From positions 138,032-202,031 of the forward strand of contig CAVVYT010000003.1 in the NCBI GenBank assembly GCA_963752535.1: a DNA stretch of 64,000 nt, in the 5' to 3' direction. Position 1 is the stretch's first letter; the number at the start of each line of letters is the position of its first letter. The stretch is from an uncultured Chloroflexia bacterium. Its GTDB lineage: Bacteria > Chloroflexota > Anaerolineae > Anaerolineales > Anaerolineaceae. Shown one piece after another: positions 1 through 10,090 of the stretch. The position numbers were made by a program, and so were the translations under genes. Below the pieces are notes generated by a model. The model was not told the origin of the DNA. It ran no database searches and saw nothing but the letters and a program-made list of their open reading frames with translations.

Positions 1-327
1 CGTGGAGCCATAGACATCTTCCAGGGATAAGGCTTTATCCAGCGGCCACCACAGTTTTTCCAGAATTTCGGGGAAATCCTTGGCCGGAGTACCTGGAATG
101 GCCATTCCCCGGGCATAGGCGCCATAGAAATGGGTATGCGCGCAGATGTTACCCGGCATGACATATTGTCCGTGCGCATCCAGGATTTCTTCCGCGGGGT
201 ACTTCTGTTTTAGTTCTTTCGTGGGGGCCATCTCGACGATGACGCCATCCGTAATACGCAAACCCCAACCGGGCAGAATCCGGTTTTCTTTTTCCCATGT
301 GATCAGATTGCCGTTGAGAATAAGCAT
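1..327 (-). CDS. ssnA: Amidohydrolase, SsnA-like (N-terminal part; gene continues past the window start)
   Basis: Absent from the ORF track because it runs off the edge. Minus-strand ATG at 327..325 with AAGGAG 7 nt upstream. Translation MLILNGNLITWEKENRILPGWGLRITDGVIVEMAP...VMPGNICAHTHFYGAYARGM...LWWPLDKAL carries the HxH metal motif of amidohydrolases. It resembles the E. coli SsnA N-terminus as I recall it. Confidence 0.7.
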   Translation of the reverse strand, partial: MLILNGNLITWEKENRILPGWGLRITDGVIVEMAPTKELKQKYPAEEILDAHGQYVMPGNICAHTHFYGAYARGMAIPGTPAKDFPEILEKLWWPLDKALSLEDVYGST

Positions 328-336
328 GATCGCTCC

Positions 337-963
337 TTAATCAAAAACCGTCGGTAAAGTTGGATCCAGGAAATGGGTGTAGGCTTCGTGGATCAACCGC
401 TCATGGGTTCGGTGGATGGATAATTCCGGTAATTGGTCCAACTCGTAATAGGATACCCGGGGTGTTTCATAGCTGGGGGTCAATTCTCCGCTGATGATCT
501 CGCACAGGAAGACTGCCTTGTATGAATGAAATACGTTTACAGGTTCCCGGTCATGATTGGCTTCATATAAACCCACCATTTTGGACGCTTTTACCCTCAG
601 ACCAGTCTCTTCCCATACTTCCCGTACCACCATCCTGGAAGGTGGTACATTCACATCCGCCCATCCGCCGGGGAGGGACCAATGCCCATCTGTGATCTCC
701 TGAACCAGGAGCACTTTGTGATCCAGAAAAACAGCGCCCCTGACGTCCATTTTAGGGGTGACGTATCCTGGTTGGGCAGAGAGGGCAGCCTGAACCAGGT
801 CCAATTGCAACCCTGAACAATTATGAATGATCTCGGCAGACATATCCATCAACCGTTGAAAACGTTGACGGTCAAATTCATTTTGAGTGTAATACAGCCC
901 GGTTTGACCGATCTGATGCAGTTCACGCGCCCATACCAGCCAGTCAGGTACTGTCTGATCCAT
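337..963 (-). CDS. NUDIX hydrolase with N-terminal Nudix-associated domain
   Basis: Nudix box GGWADVNVPPSRMVVREVWEETGL. Start chosen at MDQTVPDWL (963), which overlaps the upstream stop by 1 nt (TAATG). The ORF-track start at 1020 lies inside the upstream gene. Confidence 0.85.
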   Translation of the reverse strand: MDQTVPDWLVWARELHQIGQTGLYYTQNEFDRQRFQRLMDMSAEIIHNCSGLQLDLVQAALSAQPGYVTPKMDVRGAVFLDHKVLLVQEITDGHWSLPGGWADVNVPPSRMVVREVWEETGLRVKASKMVGLYEANHDREPVNVFHSYKAVFLCEIISGELTPSYETPRVSYYELDQLPELSIHRTHERLIHEAYTHFLDPTLPTVFD

Positions 964-3796
964 TACGCAGGAATCCTTACGGAGGGGAACTTCTCCGGGT
1001 GCAAATGTCGGGCAATACACTCCTGGTCAACAGGCAATCTATCCACCCGGAAACCGGTCGCGTTGTAGATCGCATTCGTGATGGCCGGTGTGGTGGGTAT
1101 GCTGACGATCTCGCCTACCCCTTTCGCACCGAAAGGTCCGGTCGAAACCGGATGCTCCACGATAAAGGAAACGATCTCCGGCGTATGTACGATGGAAGGA
1201 ATGCGATATCTCGCCATGCGGTCGGTAACCACCCTGCCACCCTTGGTGAGAAAAACCTCGGTCAAGGCGTTCCCAAGACCCATCACCGCGCCGCCTTCCA
1301 CCTGAACTGCCAGACCCAGTGGGTTGATCGCTGTGCCGACATCATTCGCGGCGATGATGGTGATCACTTTTACCTCGCCAGTATTGGTATCAATTTCGAC
1401 TTCGGCTGCTTGAGCCGCAAAAGAAAAGGCGAAGTGCATGTCACCGCCCTGTCCCAAAGGCATGGTTGCGGGAGCTTCGTACAGGTAAGTTACTTTGGGC
1501 GAACGGTTGATCGCTTTAAATTCCTGGAAAAGTTCGTGATAGTTGATTTCTCTGCCGCAAACTTGAACCATCCCACCATCCAGGGAGATGGAATTCGGGA
1601 TCACAGTCGTATTTCTCAGCCAGCACGGTCTGGACAGCCTGCTTAAATGCTTTCGCAGCATATAAACTGGCATTCCCGGAGACGTAGGTTTGCCGGGACG
1701 CGGTCGTAGGACCGCCGTCAGGCGTCTTGTCTGTATCTGAGAGCAAAACTTTTACCTGTTCCAAGGGTAATTCCAATTCTTCCGCCACAATCATTTGAAG
1801 AACCGTAGGTAATCCCTGCCCTAACTCCGCAGAAGAGGTCCGCACTTCAACGGATCCATCCTCATATAATTCTACATCAGCGCCCGCTTTATCAGGAGCG
1901 CCACCACCCAAACCAGTATTTTTGAATGCAACCGAGAAACCCCATGCCCGAACTTTGTCCGGGTTGCCATCCACGATTCTTGGTTTGAATGGATCGCCGC
2001 TTACACGCCGGTGAAGCTCTGCTTCCACTTTTTCAATACATTCCAGCAGTCCGACACTCTCCCGCAGGATCTGTCCGGTTCCGGTAACGCTGCCTACGCG
2101 CAAAGCATTGATTTTGCGAAGTTGGATCGGATCCATCGCCAGCTTTTCTGCCAGCATATCGATGGTACTCTCCACCGCAAACGCGGACTGGGTAACGCCA
2201 AACCCGCGAAAAGCTCCAGCGGGTGGATTATTGGTGTACATGGCGTAACAATCGGCTTTGGCATGATCCGATTCATAAGGACCTATGGAATGGGTCGTGG
2301 CACGGGTCATGACCTTCTCACCCAACGATGCGTAGGCGCCGGTATCTCCATACAACTCGGTTTCCACCGCCATCAACCGCCCATCTGATCGGGCTCCGAT
2401 CTTCACATGGATCTTGGTCGCATGTCTCTTGGGGTGGACAACCAGGCTTTCATGCCGGTCGAACAGGATCTTTATCGGGTGTCCGGTTCGCTCAGCGAGC
2501 AAGGCAGCATGGATCTGGCCCATGATATCTTCTTTTCCACCAAAGCCGCCGCCGATAAGCATTCCGATAATGTGTACTTTGTCTTCCGGCCAACCCAGGG
2601 CAGCTGCCACCTGCTTCCGGTCGGAGTAAGGGATCTGCGATCCGACGTAGATCTCCATCCGGCCATCTTCATTTACCCTGGCAATACTGCATTCTGGTTC
2701 GATGAAGGCATGATCGGTCATGGCGGTCTGGTAAGAATGTTCGATCACCACATCCGAAGCAGCGAACCCTTCCAGGGTATCCCCTTTCCGGATCTTGATA
2801 TGTTTAAGTCAGATTCCCGGTTGAGTGAAGCTGTTCGGTCTCAGGTTGACGGGCAACGACCGGGTCATCGATCACGGTATGAGGATCATAGGTAACATCA
2901 ATGAGCTTGATTGCCTGGGATGCGATCTCCAGTGTATCTGCAGCCACGATGGCCACCGCATCACCAACATACCGCACCCGCTCGCCAACCCCGATCAGGA
3001 TCGGCCAGTCATTCACCACCAACCCGTGGTTCTTAGCCGCATGAAGATCTTCCGCAGTCAGAACAGCCCGAACTCCGGGTAGACTGATGGCTTTGGAAGT
3101 ATCAATGGATCTAATAAAAGCGTGAGGATAATCCGCGCGGTGAACACGTCCTATGAGTAACCCATCAAATACCAGATCATCGGTAAATTTCGCATCTCCG
3201 GTAACCTTGGCTACCGCTTCCGGTCGATGGGCTGTTCGCCCAACATTGACGCGAGCAAACTGACTATCCGGAATTCCACGGGATGTGATCTTCCCATCGC
3301 CTCGCATCACTTTTCCAGCATCCTGGATCGCTTCGCTGATCGCCGAGTAGCCAGCGCAACGGCAAAGCGTATCCTTTAATGCGGATTTGATCGCATCCTG
3401 GTCTGGATTCGGATTTTGCAGCAGCAATCCATACCCGGTCATGATCTGCCCGGGGATGCAGAAACCGCACTGGACCGCCCCTTTTTCTATGAATGCTTCC
3501 TGTATGGGATGCAGTGCGTGCGTGGTTTCAGCTTGAGGAACTGGCTGGGAAGCCAAACCCTCGATGGTAAGGATGCGGTGTCCGTCGGCTTTCGCGGCCG
3601 GATAAGAACAGGATAGAATGGGGCTGTCATCCAATAAGACGGTGCAGGCTCCACACTCCGCCTCACCGCAACCGATTTTCGTTCCAGTCAGCATTAATCG
3701 ATACCTGAGCAGATCGGCGAGCATCTCGCCGGGCATTTCGGGCAGCGAGTAATCTTTACCATTGACATTGAGGTGTATCAATCTAGTATCCATCAT
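963..3796 (-). pseudogene. xdhD: XdhD-like molybdenum hydroxylase (fused 2Fe-2S + a/b-hammerhead + molybdopterin-binding subunit), 2 frameshifts as assembled
   Basis: Three collinear fragments: 2804..3796, 1516..2751, 963..1673. N-terminal ferredoxin motifs are CGEAECGACTV, CGFCIPG and CRCAGY, followed by aldehyde oxidase/xanthine dehydrogenase-type sequence. One junction is at ~2806; removing a single A gives ...STGNL|LKHIKIRKGD. The other is at ~1595-1605 (...KYDCDP|SISLDGGMVQVCG). Total length of ~944 codons matches the fused XdhD architecture. Confidence 0.85.
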
Positions 3797-3802
3797 ATAC
3801 CT

Positions 3803-4690
3803 TTATTGTTTTACTTTCGACTTGCCAGCTCTTTCAAGAGCTGTGCGCATCAGTTGTACCAGTAAGACTTCCACCAGATGGTCGCGGTATTCGGATGTCG
3901 CCCGTAGGGCGCTCGTCCGAAATTGGACCGCCTCATGGAGGATCGGGAAAAGGGAAGATACTTCCAGATTTGAAATTGTCGATCCGCGCACAGCCGCTTC
4001 CAGCAATTCAATCCGTCGGAGAATTGGACCGGCAGGGCCGACCGCGATCCGGATATCCTGACAGGTTTTCTCCTCTACATCCACCCAGATGGCCATATTG
4101 ATCACGGGCAGCGCCACACCCTGGGGTCGCATAACCCTGGCAAAAGCCGACGACTGCCCCGGTTTTGCAAGAGGGATATGGAATCCGACGATCAATTCTT
4201 TCCGGGGGATCAATGTAGATTTACCGGGACCTTTGTATAGTTGGATCAGCGGAATTTTGCGGACTCCTTCAATGGTCGCGATTTCAGCCATGGCATCCAG
4301 AGCAAGCAAAGCGATCGCCCCGTCCCCGGCAGGCAGGGCATGGGCGACATTCCCACCGAGGGTTCCAACTCCGCGAACCTGTGGCCCACCAATCAGCCCG
4401 GTAAATTCGGCGAGCGATTCTGCATGATTTATCACAAGGGGTGATGATGTGATCTGCTTCAATGGAACCGCTGCGCCGATAAAAAGTCGATTCGCACGGA
4501 TCTCCAGAAGGTTTAATTCCGGGATGCGGGTGACATCCACCATCACATCGACCGGGGGACGGTGCTCTTGCTGAATTTCAAGCAAGAGATCGGTACCACC
4601 CGCTACCAGACAACTGGAAGCGTGGGTATCCAAAATATGAAAAGCTTCATTTAGGGATTGGGGTAATAGGTAAGAATTCCAGATAGGCAT
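3803..4690 (-). CDS. Molybdopterin dehydrogenase FAD-binding subunit (YgfM/CoxM/XdhB-like)
   Basis: 295 aa with LVAGGTDLLLEIQ and GTLGGNVA motifs typical of the FAD-binding subunit of xanthine/CO dehydrogenases. Ends 6 nt upstream of the XdhD-like start. Confidence 0.85.
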   Translation of the reverse strand: MPIWNSYLLPQSLNEAFHILDTHASSCLVAGGTDLLLEIQQEHRPPVDVMVDVTRIPELNLLEIRANRLFIGAAVPLKQITSSPLVINHAESLAEFTGLIGGPQVRGVGTLGGNVAHALPAGDGAIALLALDAMAEIATIEGVRKIPLIQLYKGPGKSTLIPRKELIVGFHIPLAKPGQSSAFARVMRPQGVALPVINMAIWVDVEEKTCQDIRIAVGPAGPILRRIELLEAAVRGSTISNLEVSSLFPILHEAVQFRTSALRATSEYRDHLVEVLLVQLMRTALERAGKSKVKQ

Positions 4691-4995
4691 AGGATCGGTG
4701 GATGCGATCTGGCGGCTCTTTTCGACGAGCTCCTCGGCTCGACGCCGTCGCCTGCACTACAGGCGGCGACCACCGAATCCATTAATCCCATTGTAGCATA
4801 AATCCCCCCGGGTGAGGATATCCGTGGAAACATCCATAAGACATTCAGACAGGATGGAATGGACAAATATATAAGGATTTCGTAATTTCGATTGGTTGCA
4901 ACGAAGAGGATACACTCTTATAATACTATCCATACATCACTCCACACATTGTGAAACGAATATTCTGGAGGATCCTTCTGGACCTGCAAAGAGAT

Positions 4996-6858
4996 ATGCA
5001 ATCAATGGGAATGAACGAAGATGGTGATCGCCAGCTTCGGTCGAATGCTGTCCTGATGGATCGATATTTAGTCCAGGATGTGATCGGTGTTGGCGGTATG
5101 GGTTCGGTTTACAGTGCCCGTGACCTGCATTTCCCAAAGGTGGTGAAACTGGTTGCCGTGAAAGAGATGATCAACCAGGCCCCCGATCCGCTGGTTCGGG
5201 CGACCATCGTGCAGAACTTCGAACGGGAAGCCAATATCCTGGTCACACTCAATCACCCGGCGATACCCAAGATTTTTGATTTCTTTACGTATAAAGATCG
5301 TTCCTACCTGGTGGAAGAGTACGTTTCGGGTAGGGACATGGAAGCGCTGCTGAAAGCCAGAAATGATTTCGTCCCGGAAGATCAGGTAATTGGCTGGGCA
5401 ATTGAACTTTGTGATGTGCTTGAGTTCCTGCATAATCACAAACCGGAACCGATCATCTTCCGGGATATGAAGCCGTCGAACATTATGATCAATGCCCATA
5501 ACCGGGTAGTTCTGGTTGACTTCGGTATTGCGAAAGTATTTACCACCAACCAAAAAGGAACCATGATCGGCACGGAAGGGTACTCTCCTCCCGAGCAATA
5601 TCGCGGAGAAGCGACCCCGCTGGCCGATATCTATGCGCTGGGCGCCACATTGCATCATCTACTCACCATGCGCGATCCCAGGCTCGAGCCTCCGTTCACA
5701 TTTAATGAACGGCCGATCAAACGTTATAACCCAAATGTGAGCCTGGAGTTGGAGACGGTTGTTAACACCGCCTTGAACTATAATCCCCAGGACCGGTTCC
5801 CAAGCGCCACTGCAATGAAAGAAGCATTGATGGGCGTTGCTCGAAAGACCGGTGCGCTTGCCCGTCTCGCCGCCAGTACCGGCACCCTTCCACGCACGGA
5901 AGGTATAAAACCCCTTTGGACATTCGAATGTGAAGATGAGCTGCGAAACGCGCCCACCTACGATAACGGCATCATTTATATCGGAGCGTATGACAATAAC
6001 CTGTACGCCATCAACGCGGCGAACGGGGAATTTGTCTGGAAATACGCCACAGATGGTGGTATCGCCACCAAGCCAGCCATCTTTGACAACACCATCTATG
6101 TTGGATCAGAGGATAAACGCCTGCATGTGGTCTCTGCACGATCGGGTAAAGTTCTCTGGACCTATTTTACGGATGGACCCATCCGCTCATCCCCCCGAAT
6201 AGCCGAAGGTCACGCCTTCTTCGGATCGGATGATGGGTTTCTCCATGTGGTCAACCTGAACACGAACCGTCTGGCGTGGAAATCTGAAGGGGGATCACCC
6301 ATCCGGTCTACCCCGTTCATTTCGAACGAATTCATATATTATGGCTCGGAAGGTGGAGACCTCACCTGTTGCGATTTTCGAGGCGTGATCAAATGGCGTT
6401 TCGAGGCAAAACGAAGCATCACTTCTTCACCGCTTGTCGATCATAATACGGTCTATGTCACTTCACTGGATGGCTTTTGTTACGCCCTCGACGCGAAGAG
6501 CGGCTGGGTGATTTGGCGTTTCCGAATGGATAAGGGTTCCATCTCCTCACCGATCAAAGTGGATGATAACGTTTATTTCGGTTCGGCGGATGGCAATTTG
6601 TATTGCCTGGACAGCGCGAATGGACGTGAGGTCTGGCGTTTCCGCACGGAACATCAGGTCGCCAGTACCCCTGCGGTGTATAAGGATGGAGTATATGTCG
6701 GTTCGGTGGACGGCTTCCTCTACGCGGTGGATATCAGCAATGGCAGGCTTCGCTGGAAATTCAAGACCGGTAAAGCCATCATCGGATCGCCCATAGTGTT
6801 TAATGATATAGTATACGTAGGCTCGACAGACTTTATTGTCTACGCCCTTTTAGCTTGA
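4996..6858 (+). CDS. Hanks-type Ser/Thr protein kinase with C-terminal PQQ-like beta-propeller
   Basis: Kinase motifs GVGGMGSVY, VAVKEM, IIFRDMKPSN, DFG and GTEGYSPPE. The C-terminal half has about 8 repeats of the Y(V/F)GSxDGxLYAxDxxxGxxxWxF type. No hydrophobic TM segment separates the two halves. The ORF-track start is GTG 4951; ATG 4996 is preferred, but the start is uncertain. Confidence 0.9.
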   Translation: MQSMGMNEDGDRQLRSNAVLMDRYLVQDVIGVGGMGSVYSARDLHFPKVVKLVAVKEMINQAPDPLVRATIVQNFEREANILVTLNHPAIPKIFDFFTYKDRSYLVEEYVSGRDMEALLKARNDFVPEDQVIGWAIELCDVLEFLHNHKPEPIIFRDMKPSNIMINAHNRVVLVDFGIAKVFTTNQKGTMIGTEGYSPPEQYRGEATPLADIYALGATLHHLLTMRDPRLEPPFTFNERPIKRYNPNVSLELETVVNTALNYNPQDRFPSATAMKEALMGVARKTGALARLAASTGTLPRTEGIKPLWTFECEDELRNAPTYDNGIIYIGAYDNNLYAINAANGEFVWKYATDGGIATKPAIFDNTIYVGSEDKRLHVVSARSGKVLWTYFTDGPIRSSPRIAEGHAFFGSDDGFLHVVNLNTNRLAWKSEGGSPIRSTPFISNEFIYYGSEGGDLTCCDFRGVIKWRFEAKRSITSSPLVDHNTVYVTSLDGFCYALDAKSGWVIWRFRMDKGSISSPIKVDDNVYFGSADGNLYCLDSANGREVWRFRTEHQVASTPAVYKDGVYVGSVDGFLYAVDISNGRLRWKFKTGKAIIGSPIVFNDIVYVGSTDFIVYALLA

Positions 6859-6907
6859 TCCGGGACGAAGGTCAGAGCAGCGCGTAATACTAATTGTGGA
6901 GTAAATC

Positions 6908-7801
6908 GTGGATAAAATCTTCAATATATTTAAACGCAAGAAAGCATCTCCACCTTACGATATAAAGACAGCGCCTTTATCTGATGATCAGCTCCGGACT
7001 GTAGCACCGGCAGGCGGATTACCCATGACACCCCAATTGTTGGTTGGCATGGCTCAATCGGTTGGCTTGCAGCGCGATCACAACGAGGATACCGTCTTCA
7101 CCTTCACATCCAATCTGGGTGGAGATACAAAAAATCTCATCTTTGGCTTATTCGTCATCGCCGACGGAATGGGCGGATACCAACACGGGGAACTGGCCAG
7201 CAGCGTGGCGACCAATGCGATGGCTCATTATCTTCTGAAGAAGATCTATATGCCGATGATGAATCCGAAATCGGAATTGCCTTCGGAGCCCATTCAGGAG
7301 ATGATGTTGTCCGCTGTCAATGAAGCCCAGGCGGCGGTCGTGAAACACGCACCGGGTGGAGGAACCACCCTAACGACCGTACTCATCTTAGGTGACCAGG
7401 TAACACTCGCCCATATCGGAGATTCGCGCGCCTATTTTATTTATTCCGATGGTAGGATTCAGCCGATCACCCGTGATCATTCCCTGGTTCGGCGTCTGCA
7501 GGAACTGGGGCAGATTAATGAAAAGGAAGCGGCTGAACACCCGCAGCGGAACGTCCTTTACCGCGCCCTGGGTCAAAGTGAGCCTTTCGAACCGGATATC
7601 AGTACCTATCCCTTCCCGAACGCCGGCTATTTGCTTTTATGCAGCGACGGCCTGTGGGGCGTGGTGCCTGAGAATGACCTGTTCTCTATCATTCATTCAG
7701 CCCCCAATCTGACAGCAGCCTGTCAAAAATTGGTGGATGCCGCCAATTCAGGTGGTGGGCCAGACAATATCAGCGCGATCCTGGTACAGTATCCAATGTA
7801 A
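6908..7801 (+). CDS. PP2C-family Ser/Thr phosphatase
   Basis: Motifs RDHNEDT, ADGMGG, LLLCSDGLW and GGGPDNISAILV. GTG start with GGAG upstream. Confidence 0.9.
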   Translation: MDKIFNIFKRKKASPPYDIKTAPLSDDQLRTVAPAGGLPMTPQLLVGMAQSVGLQRDHNEDTVFTFTSNLGGDTKNLIFGLFVIADGMGGYQHGELASSVATNAMAHYLLKKIYMPMMNPKSELPSEPIQEMMLSAVNEAQAAVVKHAPGGGTTLTTVLILGDQVTLAHIGDSRAYFIYSDGRIQPITRDHSLVRRLQELGQINEKEAAEHPQRNVLYRALGQSEPFEPDISTYPFPNAGYLLLCSDGLWGVVPENDLFSIIHSAPNLTAACQKLVDAANSGGGPDNISAILVQYPM

Positions 7802-7806
7802 ACCGG

Positions 7807-9288
7807 ATGAACATATCTGACCTGAGTCATTATGCGATATTGGATATTCCCATTGACGCAAGTCAGGATGAAATCCGTGCCGCCTACCACTTGGCCGCCC
7901 GCAAATTCCACCCGGATACAAACCAAAATTTAGGGTCCTCCGATTCGTTTTACAAAGCTCAAAAAGCATACGATATCCTTTCTTCTCCAAAACTTAAAAC
8001 TGAATATGATGCCACTCTTCCCGATGAGGAAATCCAAAATCCGGGATTTGTGATCAAAGTGGTTCAGTCAAAGAGTAAGATCTCCCCTTCCAAAGAACCC
8101 CAACTTGTGTATGCCCTAGTCGATGTGGGAGCCAAACCGGTCAGCCAAAAATCGTATCAACGCCCATTAAATCTCACCCTGGTACTGGATCGATCCACTT
8201 CCATGAATGGCGAACGAATGGACATGGTCAAAGAGAACGCCATTCGCCTGATTCGGCAGTTGGGTGAGGATGATATCATCTCGGTGGTCACATTTAGCGA
8301 CCGGGCTGAAGTCTTACTGCCACCATCACGGAATTCAGATTTTCCGATCATGGAATCGAAGATCAGCCGGATTCAGACCGGCGGATCGACCGAAATCTTC
8401 CAGGGTATGCTGGCTGGCGTTCAACAGAATCGCCAGAACTTAAGACCCTCCTATCTCAACCACCTGATCCTTCTCACTGACGGGCGAACGTATGGTGATG
8501 AACAACAATGCCTCGACCTGGCCAAAGAAGCGGCTGAAGAAGGGATTGGTATCAGCGGATTGGGGATAGGCGACGAATGGAATGATAAATTCCTGGATCA
8601 GGTTGCCGGGATCAGCGGTGGTGTCTGCATGTACATATCCGCTCCCAATGATCTCAGGAAATTTCTGGAAGCCAAGTACCGCAACCTGGAACAAGTCTAT
8701 GGTGAGCAGGTCACGTTCAATCTGGCCACCTCGGATTTGGGAAAAATTCAGTATGCATTCCGGATATACCCTGAACCGGCTCCCCTCCAGACAGTAGGAC
8801 CCATCCGCACCGGTAATCTGCAAGTTGCCACCCGTCTGGTTGTCATGTTGGAATTCTGGCTGCCCAAGGTTGACTTGCGCCAAAAGGAGATCAAATTAGG
8901 GGAAGGTTATGTTACACTACATGTACCCACCCGAGTCATACCCAGAGTCCGGTTGCCTATTAATATGACATGCCTTGTAACACCCATGGGCGATTCCGCA
9001 CAAAATATGCCTTCTCCCATCATCCATGCCCTGTCACAACTGACTCTGTACCGGATGCAGGAGAAAGCGCAGGACGAACTGAGCAAGGGAGAGACCGTAA
9101 AAGCATCCCGTCATCTGCAATATCTGGCCACCAATCTACTTTCGAGAGGTGAACGGGATCTGGCAAAAACCGTTCTCAAAGAAGCCGAGAGCATTCAAAA
9201 AAGCAATCATTTCAGCGAGGAAGGCGATAAACGGATCAAATACGGAACTCGCTCCTTGATGTTACCACCAGGACAGGAGATTAAATAG
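7807..9288 (+). CDS. J-domain (DnaJ-like) / von Willebrand factor A fusion protein
   Basis: N-terminal J domain YAILDIP...AARKFHPD with the HPD tripeptide. The vWA domain has MIDAS residues DRSTS...GGST...LTDG. About 200 aa of unassigned C-terminal region. Starts 5 nt after the PP2C stop. Confidence 0.85.
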   Translation: MNISDLSHYAILDIPIDASQDEIRAAYHLAARKFHPDTNQNLGSSDSFYKAQKAYDILSSPKLKTEYDATLPDEEIQNPGFVIKVVQSKSKISPSKEPQLVYALVDVGAKPVSQKSYQRPLNLTLVLDRSTSMNGERMDMVKENAIRLIRQLGEDDIISVVTFSDRAEVLLPPSRNSDFPIMESKISRIQTGGSTEIFQGMLAGVQQNRQNLRPSYLNHLILLTDGRTYGDEQQCLDLAKEAAEEGIGISGLGIGDEWNDKFLDQVAGISGGVCMYISAPNDLRKFLEAKYRNLEQVYGEQVTFNLATSDLGKIQYAFRIYPEPAPLQTVGPIRTGNLQVATRLVVMLEFWLPKVDLRQKEIKLGEGYVTLHVPTRVIPRVRLPINMTCLVTPMGDSAQNMPSPIIHALSQLTLYRMQEKAQDELSKGETVKASRHLQYLATNLLSRGERDLAKTVLKEAESIQKSNHFSEEGDKRIKYGTRSLMLPPGQEIK

Positions 9289-9290
9289 CC

Positions 9291-9833
9291 ATGATTATTT
9301 GTCCAAATTGTAAATATGAAGAGATTGATGGCGCACTCTTCTGCAGTGAATGTGGAGCCCAGTTAGTATTCTCATCAGCGAAGGAAATTGACACCATGGG
9401 ATTTGAACAAAAACAAGACATGCCAAAGCCACCCACAGCTCCCCTCATGAGTGAGGCGCCCGGCAAGCCATTATCGCCTGGGCTTGCCAAACCTATTCCG
9501 AGCGGGGTGGGATTCTCGCTGAAGATGGTCACCAGTGGACAGGTGATTCCTCTGGGCGGGCAAAATGAATTCACCCTGGGTCGCATAACCGACGGGCAGC
9601 CAATTCTACCGGATATCGATCTATCTCCATACGAAGGATATGCCGAAGGCGTCTCCCGCCTGCATGCGGCCATCCGCATCACAGAACGAGGAGTCATGAT
9701 CGTTGACCTGGGTTCATCCAACGGGACCAGGATCAATGGGCAGAAAATCGTTCCCAATGTTAATTATCCGCTCAAAGATGGTGACATCATCGCCCTGGGT
9801 CGGATCAAAATGCAGATCACCATTCGCCGCTAA
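9291..9833 (+). CDS. Zinc-ribbon / FHA domain protein
   Basis: N-terminal CPNCKYEEIDGALFCSECG zinc ribbon, a Pro-rich linker, and a C-terminal FHA signature GR...VSRLHAAI...DLGSSNGTRINGQ. Starts 2 nt after the upstream stop. Confidence 0.9.
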   Translation: MIICPNCKYEEIDGALFCSECGAQLVFSSAKEIDTMGFEQKQDMPKPPTAPLMSEAPGKPLSPGLAKPIPSGVGFSLKMVTSGQVIPLGGQNEFTLGRITDGQPILPDIDLSPYEGYAEGVSRLHAAIRITERGVMIVDLGSSNGTRINGQKIVPNVNYPLKDGDIIALGRIKMQITIRR

Positions 9834-9849
9834 CCAGGGAGGTATACAT

Positions 9850-10089
9850 ATGCCGATGGTATTAATGCATATCTCCGGGGAGGACCCCGTGCTGGGCGAA
9901 ATCGAGAATCTACCTGCCGCATCGGATCTCATCATCACCATCAAGAATCCCCGCCGTCGGGATGGTAAAGACATCCATTACCTGGAAGCTAATGTCACCA
10001 CGGTGATATGGCCGATGACCCGGGTTAATTTTATTGAAATCCTGCCTTCCGGCGAAGAAGAGGAAGTGATCGGTTTCGTCAGAGAATAG
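9850..10089 (+). CDS. Small hypothetical protein (79 aa), acidic C-terminus
   Basis: ATG at 9850 with GGGAGG at 9837..9842. The ORF-track version (9703) starts inside the FHA gene. Ends 1 nt before the OmpR-type regulator. No motif recognised. Confidence 0.55.
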   Translation: MPMVLMHISGEDPVLGEIENLPAASDLIITIKNPRRRDGKDIHYLEANVTTVIWPMTRVNFIEILPSGEEEEVIGFVRE

Positions 10090-10090
10090 T

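Noticed and set aside
146-340. 64-aa plus-strand ORF at the left edge
   Set aside because: It is antisense to the SsnA-like amidohydrolase N-terminus, which has an RBS and clear motifs.
999-1646. 215-aa plus-strand ORF and other long antisense ORFs (5068..5658, 57397..57987, 43190..43669, 8440..8883)
   Set aside because: Each is opposite a gene with clear family motifs (XdhD-like, kinase, corA, EamA, J-vWA). None has an RBS or a recognisable domain.
4691-4950. Possible Moco or purine riboswitch in the 260-nt divergent region upstream of the molybdenum hydroxylase operon
   Set aside because: Only vague GC-rich imperfect hairpins are present (for example around 4735..4790). I could not recognise the conserved cores of either riboswitch class. 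It is left as an ordinary divergent promoter region, and Rfam cmscan would settle it.
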